Positions 22,855-34,110 of a DNA stretch of 48,222 bases are shown in pieces. The DNA is from Octopus bimaculoides (taxonomy: Eukaryota), in assembly GCF_001194135.2 (NCBI RefSeq), contig NC_068981.1:168687799-168736020 (forward strand), written 5' to 3'. The notes below the pieces were generated by a model. That model had not been told where the DNA came from, made no database searches, and saw only the letters and a program-made list of their open reading frames with translations. The translations under genes and the position numbers were made by a program. The stretch's first letter is position 1; each line of letters starts with the position of its first letter.

Positions 22855-23150
22855 TAAGTAATTTTTATATATTTCAGGCATCAGACTCCATCATCAGGAG
22901 TTACCTGATTAAAGTAACGTAAGTTTATGGAGATGTGGTCATGTTGAGTGTTGTACAAGCAGTGATTCCTCTTTGTCCGTTTACGTGGTGGTATTGGCAA
23001 GGGAGAATGTAGTAGCAGGACCCGTTCTCCCAAAACGGTTCTGGCAGTGGTTGTAGGGGTCACAGTTGGGATGTTAGTGGATGGTAGCGGGTTATATGGA
23101 TGTTGAGACCTTCATTGCTGATGGCCATATTGATGGCAGTAGTGGTCCTC
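22855..23150 (-). mobile_element. Penelope-like terminal remnant with a decayed hammerhead-like motif (22855-22905)
   Basis: Minus: taactc-CTGATGA-TGGAGTCTGATGCCT-GAAA-TATATA; TATATA could be a CpG-decayed CGCGTA. Confidence 0.4.
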
Positions 23151-23450
23151 TCAAGTCCCACTGCAGCACTTTTGGCAAGCATCTTCCACTATAGCCATGG
23201 GCCGACCAATGCCTTGCAAGTGAACTTGGTAGACAGAAACTGTGTGGAAGATCGTTGTGTTTTTGTGTGTGTATGTGTTCGTCTCCATCATCGCTTGACA
23301 ACCAGTGTTGACTTGTTTATGTCCCTGTAACATAATGGTTCTGCAAAAGAGACTGATAAAATAAATACTGGGGTCGATTTGTTCGACTAAAGCCTTCAAA
23401 ACGGTGCTTTCTGCATGGCTGCAGTCCAATGACAGAAGCAAGTAAAAGAT
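23150..23450. mobile_element. SINE family B fragments
   Basis: GCAAGCATCTTCCACTATAGCCATGGGCCGACC...GGTAGACAGAAACTG...GGGGTCGATTTGTTCGACTAAA. Confidence 0.75.
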
Positions 23451-24009
23451 CATATATATAATCAAAGAAAAAAGATAAATCCGTACGTTGTATGCAACCA
23501 ATGGAATCCCCGTGGAAGTGGTGACGTTTCTAATAAAACTATTTGTCTGCCTATGAATGGAAATAAACTTCAGTGAGTTATCCTTATTGTTTTTCTGAAT
23601 TCTTTCAAATTATAAAGGTAATTTATGGACACACACAACTTCTCTCTCTCTCTCTGTCTCTTCCTCTGTATTTATATATATATATATATNNNNNNNNNNN
23701 NNNNNNNNNNNNNNNNNNNNNNNNNNNNNNNNNNNNNNNNNNNNNNNNNNNNNNNNNNNNNNNNNNNNNNNNNNNNNNNNNNNNNNNNNNNNNNNNNNNN
23801 NNNNNNNNNNNNNNNNNNNNNNNNNNNNNNNNNNNNNNNNNNNNNNNNNNNNNNNNNNNNNNNNNNNNNNNNNNNNNNNNNNNNNNNNNNNNNNNNNNNN
23901 NNNNNNNNNNNNNNNNNNNNAGGACGTAAAGACGGAGGAAATGCTACCTAGCATTTTGTCCGGCGAACTTAGGATTCTCGCTGCTCGTCGCCTTATGTTC
24001 AGTTATAAT

Positions 24010-24320
24010 AGTAATACTTGCACTCCGTCGGTTACGACGACGTGATTTCATTTCCAGTCGATCCGATCAGCGGAACAGCCTGCTCGTGAAATTAACGTGC
24101 ATGTGGCTGAGCACTCCATAGACACGAGTACCCTCAACGCAGTTCTCAGGGAGATTCAGCGTGACACAGAGTATGACAAGGCTGGCCTTTTGAAATACAG
24201 GTACTACTCATTTTTGCCAGTTGAGTCGACATGAACAACACGAAATAAAGTGTCATGCTCAAAGACAGAACGCGTCGCCGAGGACTGAACTCACGACCTT
24301 ACCACTAAGCCACGCGCCAC
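24010..24320 (-). mobile_element. SINE family E
   Basis: tRNA-like head GGCGCGTGGCTTAGTGGTAAGGTCGTGAGTTCAGTCC on minus; body homologous to 18100-18350. Confidence 0.8.
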
Positions 24321-24378
24321 AACTAATAGTAATAATAATAAGAAAAAACGATTTTACGCTAATCTGAAAGATTACTCG

Positions 24379-24425
24379 GACAGTTCGATGATGGCTTAGG
24401 TGGCCGAAACTTCGAAGTCACTGTC
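24379..24425 (+). ncRNA. Near-intact minimal type I hammerhead motif (core CT transposed to TC)
   Basis: GACAGT-TCGATGA-T-GGC(ttaggtg)GCC-GAAA-CTTCGAAG-TC-ACTGTC: stem I 6/6, palindromic stem III ACTTCGAAGT, GUC triplet. More decayed relative at about 34495-34545 shares CTTCGAAGTCACTGTC. Confidence 0.65.
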
Positions 24426-25129
24426 ATTCTTGTTAAAGAATTATATAATCTATCTATCTATCTATCTATACACACACACGTGTGTGTGTGTTTGTGTGTC
24501 ATTGTGCTTGTGTTTGTCCTCCACCACCGTTTGGCAACCGGTATAGGTGTGCTTACGTCGCTGTAATTTAGCGGTTCGGCAAAAGAGACATGTAGAATAA
24601 GTACAAGACTCGAAAAGAAAATAAGTACCGGGGTCAATTAGTTCGACTACAATTCCTCAAGGCGATGCCCCAGCATGGCCGCAGTCTAACGATTGAAACA
24701 AGTAGAGGATAAAAAGATTGACTAATGGAAGTCAGCATGCAAATTCACATACACACACACACACGGCAATGATCTGTGTAGAGTTTCTATCAACCATAAA
24801 CCATTGATTAGTCCATGGCTATAATAGAAGACATTTGTCCAAGGTGCAGCATAGAGGTCAGCAACAGAAATTAAGAAGACAGGATGTTTTCAACCTTTAT
24901 CAGACTGTAGGTGCATCATGCCACTGTATGAGTTTTCTCCCTTGTTATAACAGCGCGGTGGCAGGGGAAACAATTCTAGAGGAGATGCAGTGTGCCAAAG
25001 GTTTAACAAATCTCTGTGGAAAATATTGAAAAGAAAAATTAAATAAAAGTCACAAAAGAAAAAGTGAGCCCATTTTGAAGACGAGCACAATCCAAGAAAT
25101 TTATGAGATTTAAAGTTCTGTAAATAATC

Positions 25130-26300
25130 CTTTCTACTCTAGTTACAAGGCCCGAAATTTTTGGGGAGGGAGTCAGTCGATTAGATCGACCCTAGAACGC
25201 AATGAGTCGAAGTCGATAAACTGTTTAATTTATCGACTCCGAAAGGATGAAAGGCAAAGTCGACCTCGGCGGAATTTGAACTCAGAACGTAATGACAGAC
25301 GAAATATCGCTAAGCATTTCGCCCGGCTTGCTTACGTTTCTGCCAGCTCACCATCTTAGTTCTGTAAATAATCAACGAAGCACTGATATAACTTGAACGA
25401 CCTGAAGTGGGACTAAGTTGAGTGATGTTGATTGAGGAGGAAACAGGATCAGATATGGTGGAACTCTTAAATGATAGGTTGCTAGTGGAAACGAAACTAG
25501 CAATCTATAAAGAATAAGCTGGATTTTAGCCTAGTCCAGCAAAATTATAGGGGATGAGGTTAGTCGTCACCATCAACCCAGTGCTCAGCCAACTAGTGAA
25601 ATGACGAACAGCAAAGTCGACCTGTATTTGAATTCAGAGCGTAAAAAACCCGGAAGAATGCTCTTTAGCACTTTGTCCGATGCGCTAACAATTCTGTTAG
25701 CTCGCTGCCTTAATAGTAATTCTAATTTTGTTAAGAAGGCCAGCAATTGTTTGTGAGGGGTTGGGAAGGAGAAGCCGATTACATTTCAGTACTTGACTGG
25801 TACTTTATTTTATCGATCTCAAAAGGATGAAAGGCAAAGTCGACCCCGACCGCTTTTGAACTCAGAACGTAATACTGCTAAGTACTTTGTCCGACGTGCT
25901 AACGATTCTACCAGCTCGCCGCATTTATGAATAATTGTTTCTGATGTAAGACATGAAACCTGACATTTGGTGGTGGTGGTGGTGGTGGGGGGGGGTTAGT
26001 TGATATCATTGACCCTTGTACTTTATTTTATCAAACCTGGAAGGCAAAGTTGACTTCGGTAGAATTTGAACTTATAACATAAAGAGCCGGAACAAATAAT
26101 GCAAAATAATTTTCTCCGACGTTCCAACAATATTTCTAGCTGACATTAGACTGTAGGGCAAATTTTGACAGAAGGAAGGGTTAGTTCAATCAACTCTAGT
26201 ACTTAACTGGCAATCGTTTTATCACACCACCCACCTCTTAGAAATATGATAATAACTAAGGTCACCTTTACAGGATTTGAACTCGGAATACAAGGTGATG
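25130..26300 (-). mobile_element. Cluster of about five SINE family A copies, all minus strand
   Basis: Repeated GAAAGGCAAAGTCGACC...GAACTCAGAAC...CCAGCTC at about 25250, 25610, 25830, 26040 and (weaker) 26260. Confidence 0.8.
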
Positions 26301-27063
26301 TGACTAAATATAGCTAGTCATTTTATCTACTGCTCCACTGATTCTGTCAAATCCAAATGACATTGTAAGATTAGTGAATATTGTCTGAAAGAACCAAAAC
26401 CAAACTGCATATAATTGTATCTGAAAGGGAACCTAAGTATATTCAATTTAACGATGAACTTAAATAAAAGAGGGGAAAAAAAGTATGAAGAAATAAAATA
26501 ACTGATGGAATTGTCTGACATATTGAAATTAGACTGAATAAATTTATTTTATTTGTTACAGTTTTTCAATGACAATTTTTTTTTCTATTTTTCTCATTGA
26601 AAGTAGCAAGAAGTGGATGATTATTGATTGAAAATCATGATAAAGCAAGATAAAACGAGATAAAACAATGTAAATAAATACAACGCTTGTGTTATGCGTA
26701 TCTATATGTGCCGTAGGAGGATTTAGATGTACTTTAACTGGTTTTATTTAAATTTCACAACGTTTTTTCTTCAAGTATCTAAGTTCATACTATTCTGATC
26801 CAGGAGGGCTGGTTCATATCTTGTTGCTTCATTGATAATGAGTATAAAGTAAAATTTATATTTGGGGTACCGCATTTATAAACTTTCTATTAGTAATCTG
26901 TAAATAGTTTCATTTTCTTGTATTTCGATGTTTGAAATTTTGTGCAGGCATGGTTGTGCAGTTAAGAAGTTCGCTTTCCAACCACATAATTTCGTGTTCA
27001 GTCCTGCTTCGTGACCAAAAACCTCGCGAGCGGATTTGGTAGAAGACACTGAAAAAAGCTAGT

Positions 27064-27103
<40 letters not shown>

Positions 27104-27313
27104 TAAAACGGGTGCTGAAAAGTTCATGGCTCTAAGGGTGTCGCGAAAGGCTTGGCTGAAGGTCCATCATTCGGAGTTCTTTCACAGGGCTCAGAAAAAC
27201 AAAGACCTGTGAATCTGAGAGGGGAATATATTGATTAAAATTAAAAATCATAATGAATTGACCCTCCTGTATTTTATTTTACCCAAAGCGAAGAACTTTT
27301 CAGTACATTCTTG
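27104..27313 (+). mobile_element. Mariner deletion derivative (MITE)
   Basis: Inverted ends GTGCTGAAAAGTTC / GAACTTTTCAGTAC; internal gtgaatctgagaggggaatatattgattaa reads VNLRGEYID*, the mariner transposase C-terminal G(D/E)Y(V/I)(E/D) signature. Confidence 0.75.
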
Positions 27314-28398
27314 NNNNNNNNNNNNNNNNNNNNNNNNNNNNNNNNNNNNNNNNNNNNNNNNNNNNNNNNNNNNNNNNNNNNNNNNNNNNNNNNNNNNNNN
27401 NNNNNNNNNNNNNNNNNNNNNNNNNNNNNNNNNNNNNNNNNNNNNNNNNNNNNNNNNNNNNNNNNNNNNNNNNNNNNNNNNNNNNNNNNNNNNNNNNNNN
27501 NNNNNNNNNNNNNNNNNNNNNNNNNNNNNNNNNNNNNNNNNNNNNNNNNNNNNNNNNNNNNNNNNNNNNNNNNNNNNNNNNNNNNNNNNNNNNNNNNNNN
27601 NNNNNNNNNNNNNNNNNNNNNNNNNNNNNNNNNNNNNNNNNNNNNNNNNNNNNNNNNNNNNNNNNNNNNNNNNNNNNNNNNNNNNNNNNNNNNNNNNNNN
27701 NNNNNNNNNNNNNNNNNNNNNNNNNNNNNNNNNNNNNNNNNNNNNNNNNNNNNNNNNNNATATATATATATATATATATATATAGTGTGTGTGTGTGTGT
27801 GTTTATGTCTACTTTTCTTGACACTGGGTGATAGATGTAAATGAGTATCATCGTCATACAAGCGGTGTTACTTATTTCTAATCTTCAATGAAAACATATC
27901 TGGCCATGGGGGAAATATCTTGCTTGGAAGCAAGAAAGAATTGGTGAAATACATTTGGTCATAGAAAATATGCCTCAACGAATTCCGTTCAACCAATGCA
28001 AGCATAGAAATGTGGACGTTAAGACGACGAGGATGATGGTAATAGTGATGACGATTGAGGTGAGGGTCTCAAAGAATATCGATTTGAGTATCTCTTTGTA
28101 AGACGTGGATTTGATTTGAGAGACATTTCGGCAATAGAATTATGCACATACTTATGCGTGTATGTGTGTGTGTGTGAATAGATACAACTTACTCCCTGTC
28201 TTTCCAAAACTCGACACCGGAATAAATTCAGTTCGTGTTATTAATGTGTGTGTGTGTGCGCCCGCACGCGTACGTGTGTGTATTAGAGCAGTGTGTTTGA
28301 ATGAAGGATTGTATGTTAGAGTTGTTGACATCGTTTAAAAGCAAGTATAACGCAAATTAGAAATTAAAGACAAAGCAATTGGTTTACACTTTATTTGA

Positions 28399-29300
28399 TA
28401 TTTCAGTATTTCGAGCTTGAAACAACTTTATCAAAAGGAAATACAGGAAAGTGATGAGCTGTATCTTTTGCTCAGATATGGAGAAAGGAAGATGCAACGT
28501 GCAGACAGACAGATATTGTCCTAATCTATCCGCTTTGTGCAATTCGCATCTACTCTTTTACTTGTTTCAGTCATTTGACTGTGGCCATGCTGGAGTACCG
28601 CCTTTAGTCGAGCAAATCGACCCCAGGACTTATTCTTTGTAAGCCTAGTACTTATTCTATCGGTCTTTTTTGCCGAACCGCTAAGTTACGGGGACGTAAA
28701 TACACCAGCATCGGTTGTCAAGCGATATTGGGGGGGGGACAAACACAAACACACAAACATACACATACACACACACACACATATATATATATACATAAAT
28801 ATATACGACGGGCTTCTTTCAGTTTCCGTCTACCAAATCCACTCGCAAGGCTTTGGTCGGCCCGAGGCTACTGTAGAAGACACTTGCCCAATGTGCCACG
28901 CAGTGAGACTGAATCCGGAACCATGTAGTTCGTAAGCAAGCTACTTACCACACAGCCACTCCTACGCCTATTAATAAATTCATTCACATTTTTAATGAGG
29001 ATGGTTTCCTTGATCCTCAAATTAGCATCTGGTGCTCTGTCGTCTTGGCAACCAAGATGTCTAGACTGTGGAATTCCGACAAGCGTGTCTTAATTGATGT
29101 GTTTGTCTACGTGTTCCTTGAGGCGGATATGCAGTCTTCTGATAATGTTTCCGATGTGGGAACAGCCAGTGTGCTTATTGCAGACTATTTGGCTTTTGTG
29201 GTATATGATGTGCACATAGGCTTTGTAGCATCTTTCTACATTAATGATCGGGGAAGTTGACTAGTGTGTGAACAATGCTGCTGCCTGTTAAATGATTCCT
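28399..29300 (-). mobile_element. Penelope-like element 3' end: GIY-YIG endonuclease remnant + decayed hammerhead, split by a SINE B insertion
   Basis: Minus 29180-28985 reads HTGCSHIGNIIRRLHIRLKEHV...ANLRIKETILIKN (YIG.T.R.L..R..EH and catalytic-Glu region of GIY-YIG). 28443-28399 reads TATTTCC-ttTTGATAA..GCTC-GAAA-tac-TGAAATA, followed by AATAAA. Confidence 0.7.
28555..28968 (-). mobile_element. Full-length SINE family B
   Basis: Head AGGCGTAGGAGTGGCTGTGTGGTAAGTAGCTTGCTTACGAAC on minus, internal (CA)/(TA)n, tail ...AATGACTGAAACAAGTAAAAG. Confidence 0.9.
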
Positions 29301-29721
29301 AGTACTCTAGTTATGCTAGCATTAATGTATTTAAAAGATAAGCAGAAATGAATATGTGACGAGTACAAAAAATGATATTAGCGATTGACTAACATTATTT
29401 TAATTTTCTCAGCAAAAACAGGAGACAACTCTTGAAATGAAAATGCCTTGTGGCAGTTGAAAGAGCACTGAACTGTTATAAGTGAGATCGCCGACCCTGC
29501 GTCATTGTATTAGTGTCTTTATTTAACTCGAAGTCAGCTTTTATATGTATGTATGTATGCATGTATGTATGTATTTCTCCTTCTCTTGTTCTGTGCATTC
29601 AAGTATAACATACATTTTAAGTGCGTATGCCGCTGGGAGAAGAATTTGCTGGCGTTTCGGAGAAAATTTTTCATCGGCAAGGAGAAACGTTTTTGTGTCT
29701 TTTAACTATCAAAACCTTGGT

Positions 29722-29759
<38 letters not shown>

Positions 29760-30599
29760 NNNNNNNNNNNNNNNNNNNNNNNNNNNNNNNNNNNNNNNNN
29801 NNNNNNNNNNNNNNNNNNNNNNNNNNNNNNNNNNNNNNNNNNNNNNNNNNNNNNNNNNNNNNNNNNNNNNNNNNNNNNNNNNNNNNNNNNNNNNNNNNNN
29901 NNNNNNNNNNNNNNNNNNNNNNNNNNNNNNNNNNNNNNNNNNNNNNNNNNNNNNNNNNNNNNNNNNNNNNNNNNNNNNNNNNNNNNNNNNNNNNNNNNNN
30001 NNNNNNNNNNNNNNNNNNNNNNNNNNNNNNNNNNNNNNNNNNNNNNNNNNNNNNNNNNNNNNNNNNNNNNNNNNNNNNNNNNNNNNNNNNNNNNNNNNNN
30101 NNNNNNNNNNNNNNNNNNNNNNNNNNNNNNNNNNNNNNNNNNNNNNNNNNNNNNNNNNNNNNNNNNNNNNNNNNNNNNNNNNNNNNNNNNNNNNNNNNNN
30201 NNNNNNNNNNNNNNNNNNNNNNNNNNNNNNNNNNNNNNNNNNNNNNNNNNNNNNNNNNNNNNNNNNNNNNNNNNNNNNNNNNNNNNNNNNNNNNNNNNNN
30301 NNNNNNNNNNNNNNNNNNNNNNNNNNNNNNNNNNNNNNNNNNNNNNNNNNNNNNNNNNNNNNNNNNNNNNNNNNNNNNNNNNNNNNNNNNNNNNNNNNNN
30401 NNNNNNNNNNNNNNNNNNNNNNNNNNNNNNNNNNNNNNNNNNNNNNNNNNNNNNNNNNNNNNNNNNNNNNNNNNNNNNNNNNCCCCACAGAAGGTTATGG
30501 TCTCAAACAGCAAACAAACTTAAAAGGTTTTATGTATATATTTGTAATAAAAAAATGTCGACGTAGACCACCGCTAGTTTCCTTAGATTGTCTTTCTGC

Positions 30600-30654
<55 letters not shown>

Positions 30655-30749
30655 GTATATGTGTGTGTATGAATAATAAGCACTAACGATAAAAAAAGAA
30701 TGAAAAACAATTCAAATTTAGACTTCACCAGCAGTCTTTCTAAGGATTG

Positions 30750-31200
30750 TGACGGTTTCGACTCCTTGAGACCGAACCGCGTATGCTACAAGTGTCATCA
30801 ATCAATGGATACAATGAGACAGTGGTGAAGCAACACAAAAAGAGAAAGGAAAGTGAAAGAAAAAGATATATGGTTAAGACAAACAATTAGGACATGAGCA
30901 AAAATATAGGTCTACATACGATAGAATGAAAATAGACTAAGTCAATTACCATGAAAATAAAACAAAACAACACGATGATATTGACGAATACGATGCGGAA
31001 GGGAAAAGAAAGAAAATACACGATAAACGTTTAGACAATGTCCTTTAACCAACAGCCGAGAGTAGAAGGATACACGTGCTCGCTAGACAAGTTGAAAGGC
31101 AGAAGGGAGTTAGTTCATTGAGTATAATGGAAGTAGTGAAGAGCTAGGAACGGAAGGCGGCACAACATAGAAAGGAAATGACACAACATAGTAGTAAACT
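30750..31200 (+). mobile_element. Degenerate zinc-knuckle ORF1 remnant (L1/Tx1-like)
   Basis: 30784-30825 reads CYKCHQSMDTMRQW, CX2CX4HX4C spacing with H->D and C->W each one base away; 30910-31000 resembles 41120-41180. Confidence 0.5.
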
Positions 31201-31352
31201 TCTAATATACATGTATGTAGTTGTCATCTGTGTCTGTGTTTGTTCCCACCACCATCACTTGATAACTGCTGTTGGTGTGTTTACGTACCCGTCACTTAGC
31301 AGTTCAGCAAAAAGACACGGATAAAATAATTACTAGACTTACAAGGAATAAT

Positions 31353-31575
31353 ACATATGCCACGGGCATATGGCGTAGTGGTTAAGAGCGCGGGCTACTA
31401 ACCCCAAGATTCCGAGTTCGATTCCAGTAATAATAATAACAACAACAACAACATCGAAAAATACCTTAGGAATGAGAACCCAGGTTCGAAATTTCCCCAA
31501 GACACCCGATAAAGGCTGGAGGGTATATCAGCTGAAACGTTGACAAATATCCGTCAAATGTAAATACTCTAAATA
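31353..31575 (+). mobile_element. SINE family D (tRNA-like head + hammerhead-like tail at 31501-31545)
   Basis: A box TGGCGTAGTGG (31371-31381), B box GAGTTCGATTC (31414-31424), (TAA)(CAA)n, then gacac-CCGATAA-A-GGCTG(gagggtatat)CAGCT-GAAACGTT. Confidence 0.85.
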
Positions 31576-31577
31576 AT

Positions 31578-31706
31578 TTACAAAGAATAAGTCCTGGGGT
31601 CGATTTGTTCGACTAAAGGTGGTGCTCCAGCATAGCCGCAATCAAATGACTGAAAGAAGTAAAAGAATAAAAAAAAACATGCACACACACATATATATAT
31701 ATATAT

Positions 31707-31745
<39 letters not shown>

Positions 31746-32760
31746 CATATATGCATGCATGATCTCTCTCCATATATATATATATATATACACATACATG
31801 CACACACATTCACACATACGACTGGTTTCCACAGTTTTCGTCTGCCAAATTCATTCATCATGAATTAGTCGGCTCAAAATTATAATAGAAGACACTCGAG
31901 TACGACCGAACCTAAAACTATGTGGTTACAAAGTGAGCTTCTTAACCATACGACCATACCTGTATATACACACAAACGCACACGTCCCCTCCCCATACAA
32001 ATCAACACGACAGGACTTCCATTTCCCTCTGTTGATTTTTCTTCTTTCAGGTAACTGATTTCTGTTGGTTTCTACTCATTTTCAATCAAGTGTTCACAGT
32101 TGTAATTTGTGCATTTTTTTTTTCGTTTTTAGAGGTTGGACATTGATTTGTTGTCACTTTTGCGATAGAGAAACTTCTAAGGACTTCGTTACTACAGTAA
32201 CAATAGATTTTTGATTTATCAAACTATGGTGATATTTATATTAGCAATCTGTTGGCGCTTGTAAGTGCTTGTCAAACGTTGAGTGAATGGGATAGAACGT
32301 CATCTCAGAACGTTTGTATTACGATTGGGTTCCATGTTTTTAGTCCATGATGCCTGTTCGGCAACTTTACAATTCTATTATAGAGAAGAACTGCGTTTTC
32401 TTTAGATTTTTTTTTTTTATCTTTCAGTTGTTTCTGACAGCGGCCATGATGGGGCACCACATTGAAGAATTTTAGTCGAACGAATCGATCCCAGTATTTA
32501 TTCTTTTTAAGCCTGGCACTTATTCTGTCGGATCCTTTTTTGCCGAACCGCTATGTTACGAGTACGTAAATACACAAACACCGATTGTCAAGGGGTGGTG
32601 GGGAACAAACACAGAAACACACACAGCAGGATTCTTGCAGTTTCCGTCAACTAAATCCACTCACAAAGCATTGGTCGGCCCGAGGCTACAGTAGAAGACA
32701 CTTGCCCAAGGTGCTACACTGTAGGACTGGTCCCGGAACCATGTGACTGCAAGCAAACTT
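31578..32760 (-). mobile_element. Two SINE family B copies (about 31578-31960 and 32405-32760)
   Basis: Family B tail/core motifs read on minus, with internal microsatellites. Confidence 0.8.
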
Positions 32761-34110
32761 CTTTATTTCATAAAAAATTCGCCATACGGCGTTACATATA
32801 GGGGACAAAGAAAGACAAACAAACAAAGAAGCTACGGGCTGGACACGGACATTAATGAATGAAGATGAATACACAAGAAAGAATGAAAATGGGAGAGGCA
32901 CCAGCGCCCGCCGACTGATAACCTCGCTAAAACTTTGTTCAATACAAGTCGGTCAAAATTATAAAACAAATTCACACAAATGTTCTTCCTCTTTATATGA
33001 GGCAACAAGCCTCTTATANNNNNNNNNNNNNNNNNNNNNNNNNNNNNNNNNNNNNNNNNNNNNNNNNNNNNNNNNNNNNNNNNNNNNNNNNNNNNNNNNN
33101 NNNNNNNNNNNNNNNNNNNNNNNNNNNNNNNNNNNNNNNNNNNNNNNNNNNNNNNNNNNNNNNNNNNNNNNNNNNNNNNNNNNNNNNNNNNNNNNNNNNN
33201 NNNNNNNNNNNNNNNNNNNNNNNNNNNNNNNNNNNNNNNNNNNNNNNNNNNNNNNNNNNNNNNNNNNNNNNNNNNNNNNNNNNNNNNNNNNNNNNNNNNN
33301 NNNNNNNNNNNNNNNNNNNNNNNNNNNNNNNNNNNNNNNNNNNNNNNNNNNNNNNNNNNNNNNNNNNNNNNNNNNNNNNNNNNNNNNNNNNNNNNNNNNN
33401 NNNNNNNNNNNNNNNNNNNNNNNNNNNNNNNNNNNNNNNNNNNNNNNNNNNNNNNNNNNNNNNNNNNNNNNNNNNNNNNNNNNNNNNNNNNNNNNNNNNN
33501 NNNNNNNNNNNNNNNNNNNNNNNNNNNNNNNNNNNNNNNNNNNNNNNNNNNNNNGGGGATTCAATCCCTCTTCCACTTCTACATCTATTTGAGGTTTTGG
33601 CGGGCTACTATTAATGCCCGCCTTTCTCTTCTTTCCATTGTGGCTACTGCCTCATTTTTTTTCTGCAGAGCAGGACTACTCTTTTTAATGGGTGTCTGCT
33701 CCTGGGTCACTTTCGTGTCTCGGCGACAATCCTTCTTCAAATGACCAGGCTCCAGGCATCCGTGACAAGGATTACAGGATATCTAGATCCTGCCATGGTC
33801 AAGTAGTCTGGAAAGACCAGACTGTCATCGTCTAACTGGGTCGGCCTTAGCCCCGACAAGATTTTTTCCTCCTCCAGGGGCTGACTGGCGAACTTACACG
33901 CCATATACGGGGTTCCAAACAGCAACTATATAGTTGCATAGTTGGAACCCCTGGCGATATGCTTTATCGTCGGCATGTACTCCGCCAGCTCTTCTATTTC
34001 TAACCTAGGAAAGGGGCAATGGTATCCAAGGACTTTGAATAAGTCCTTAGAACCACGTCCTCCTTTCCAAATCTGTCACCCATTCTTTCGGTGGGTTAAT
34101 TTCCCACACC
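32760..34110 (-). mobile_element. ORF1-like element with intact CCHC zinc knuckle and 3' UTR/AATAAA; no RT visible
   Basis: Minus 33767-33726 reads CHGCLEPGHLKKDC, preceded across a frameshift by VFPDYLTMAGSRYPV. After the 536-N gap, a T-rich 3' UTR ends GAAATAAAG at about 32761. Confidence 0.7.

Noticed and set aside
26330-26420. Possible minus-strand exon after ttccctttcAG
   Set aside because: No recognisable peptide, no good donor and no partner exons.
31364-31430. Apparent tRNA gene (A and B boxes)
   Set aside because: Imperfect anticodon and acceptor stems, and it continues into the same tail as the 11425-11700 copy; it is a SINE head.
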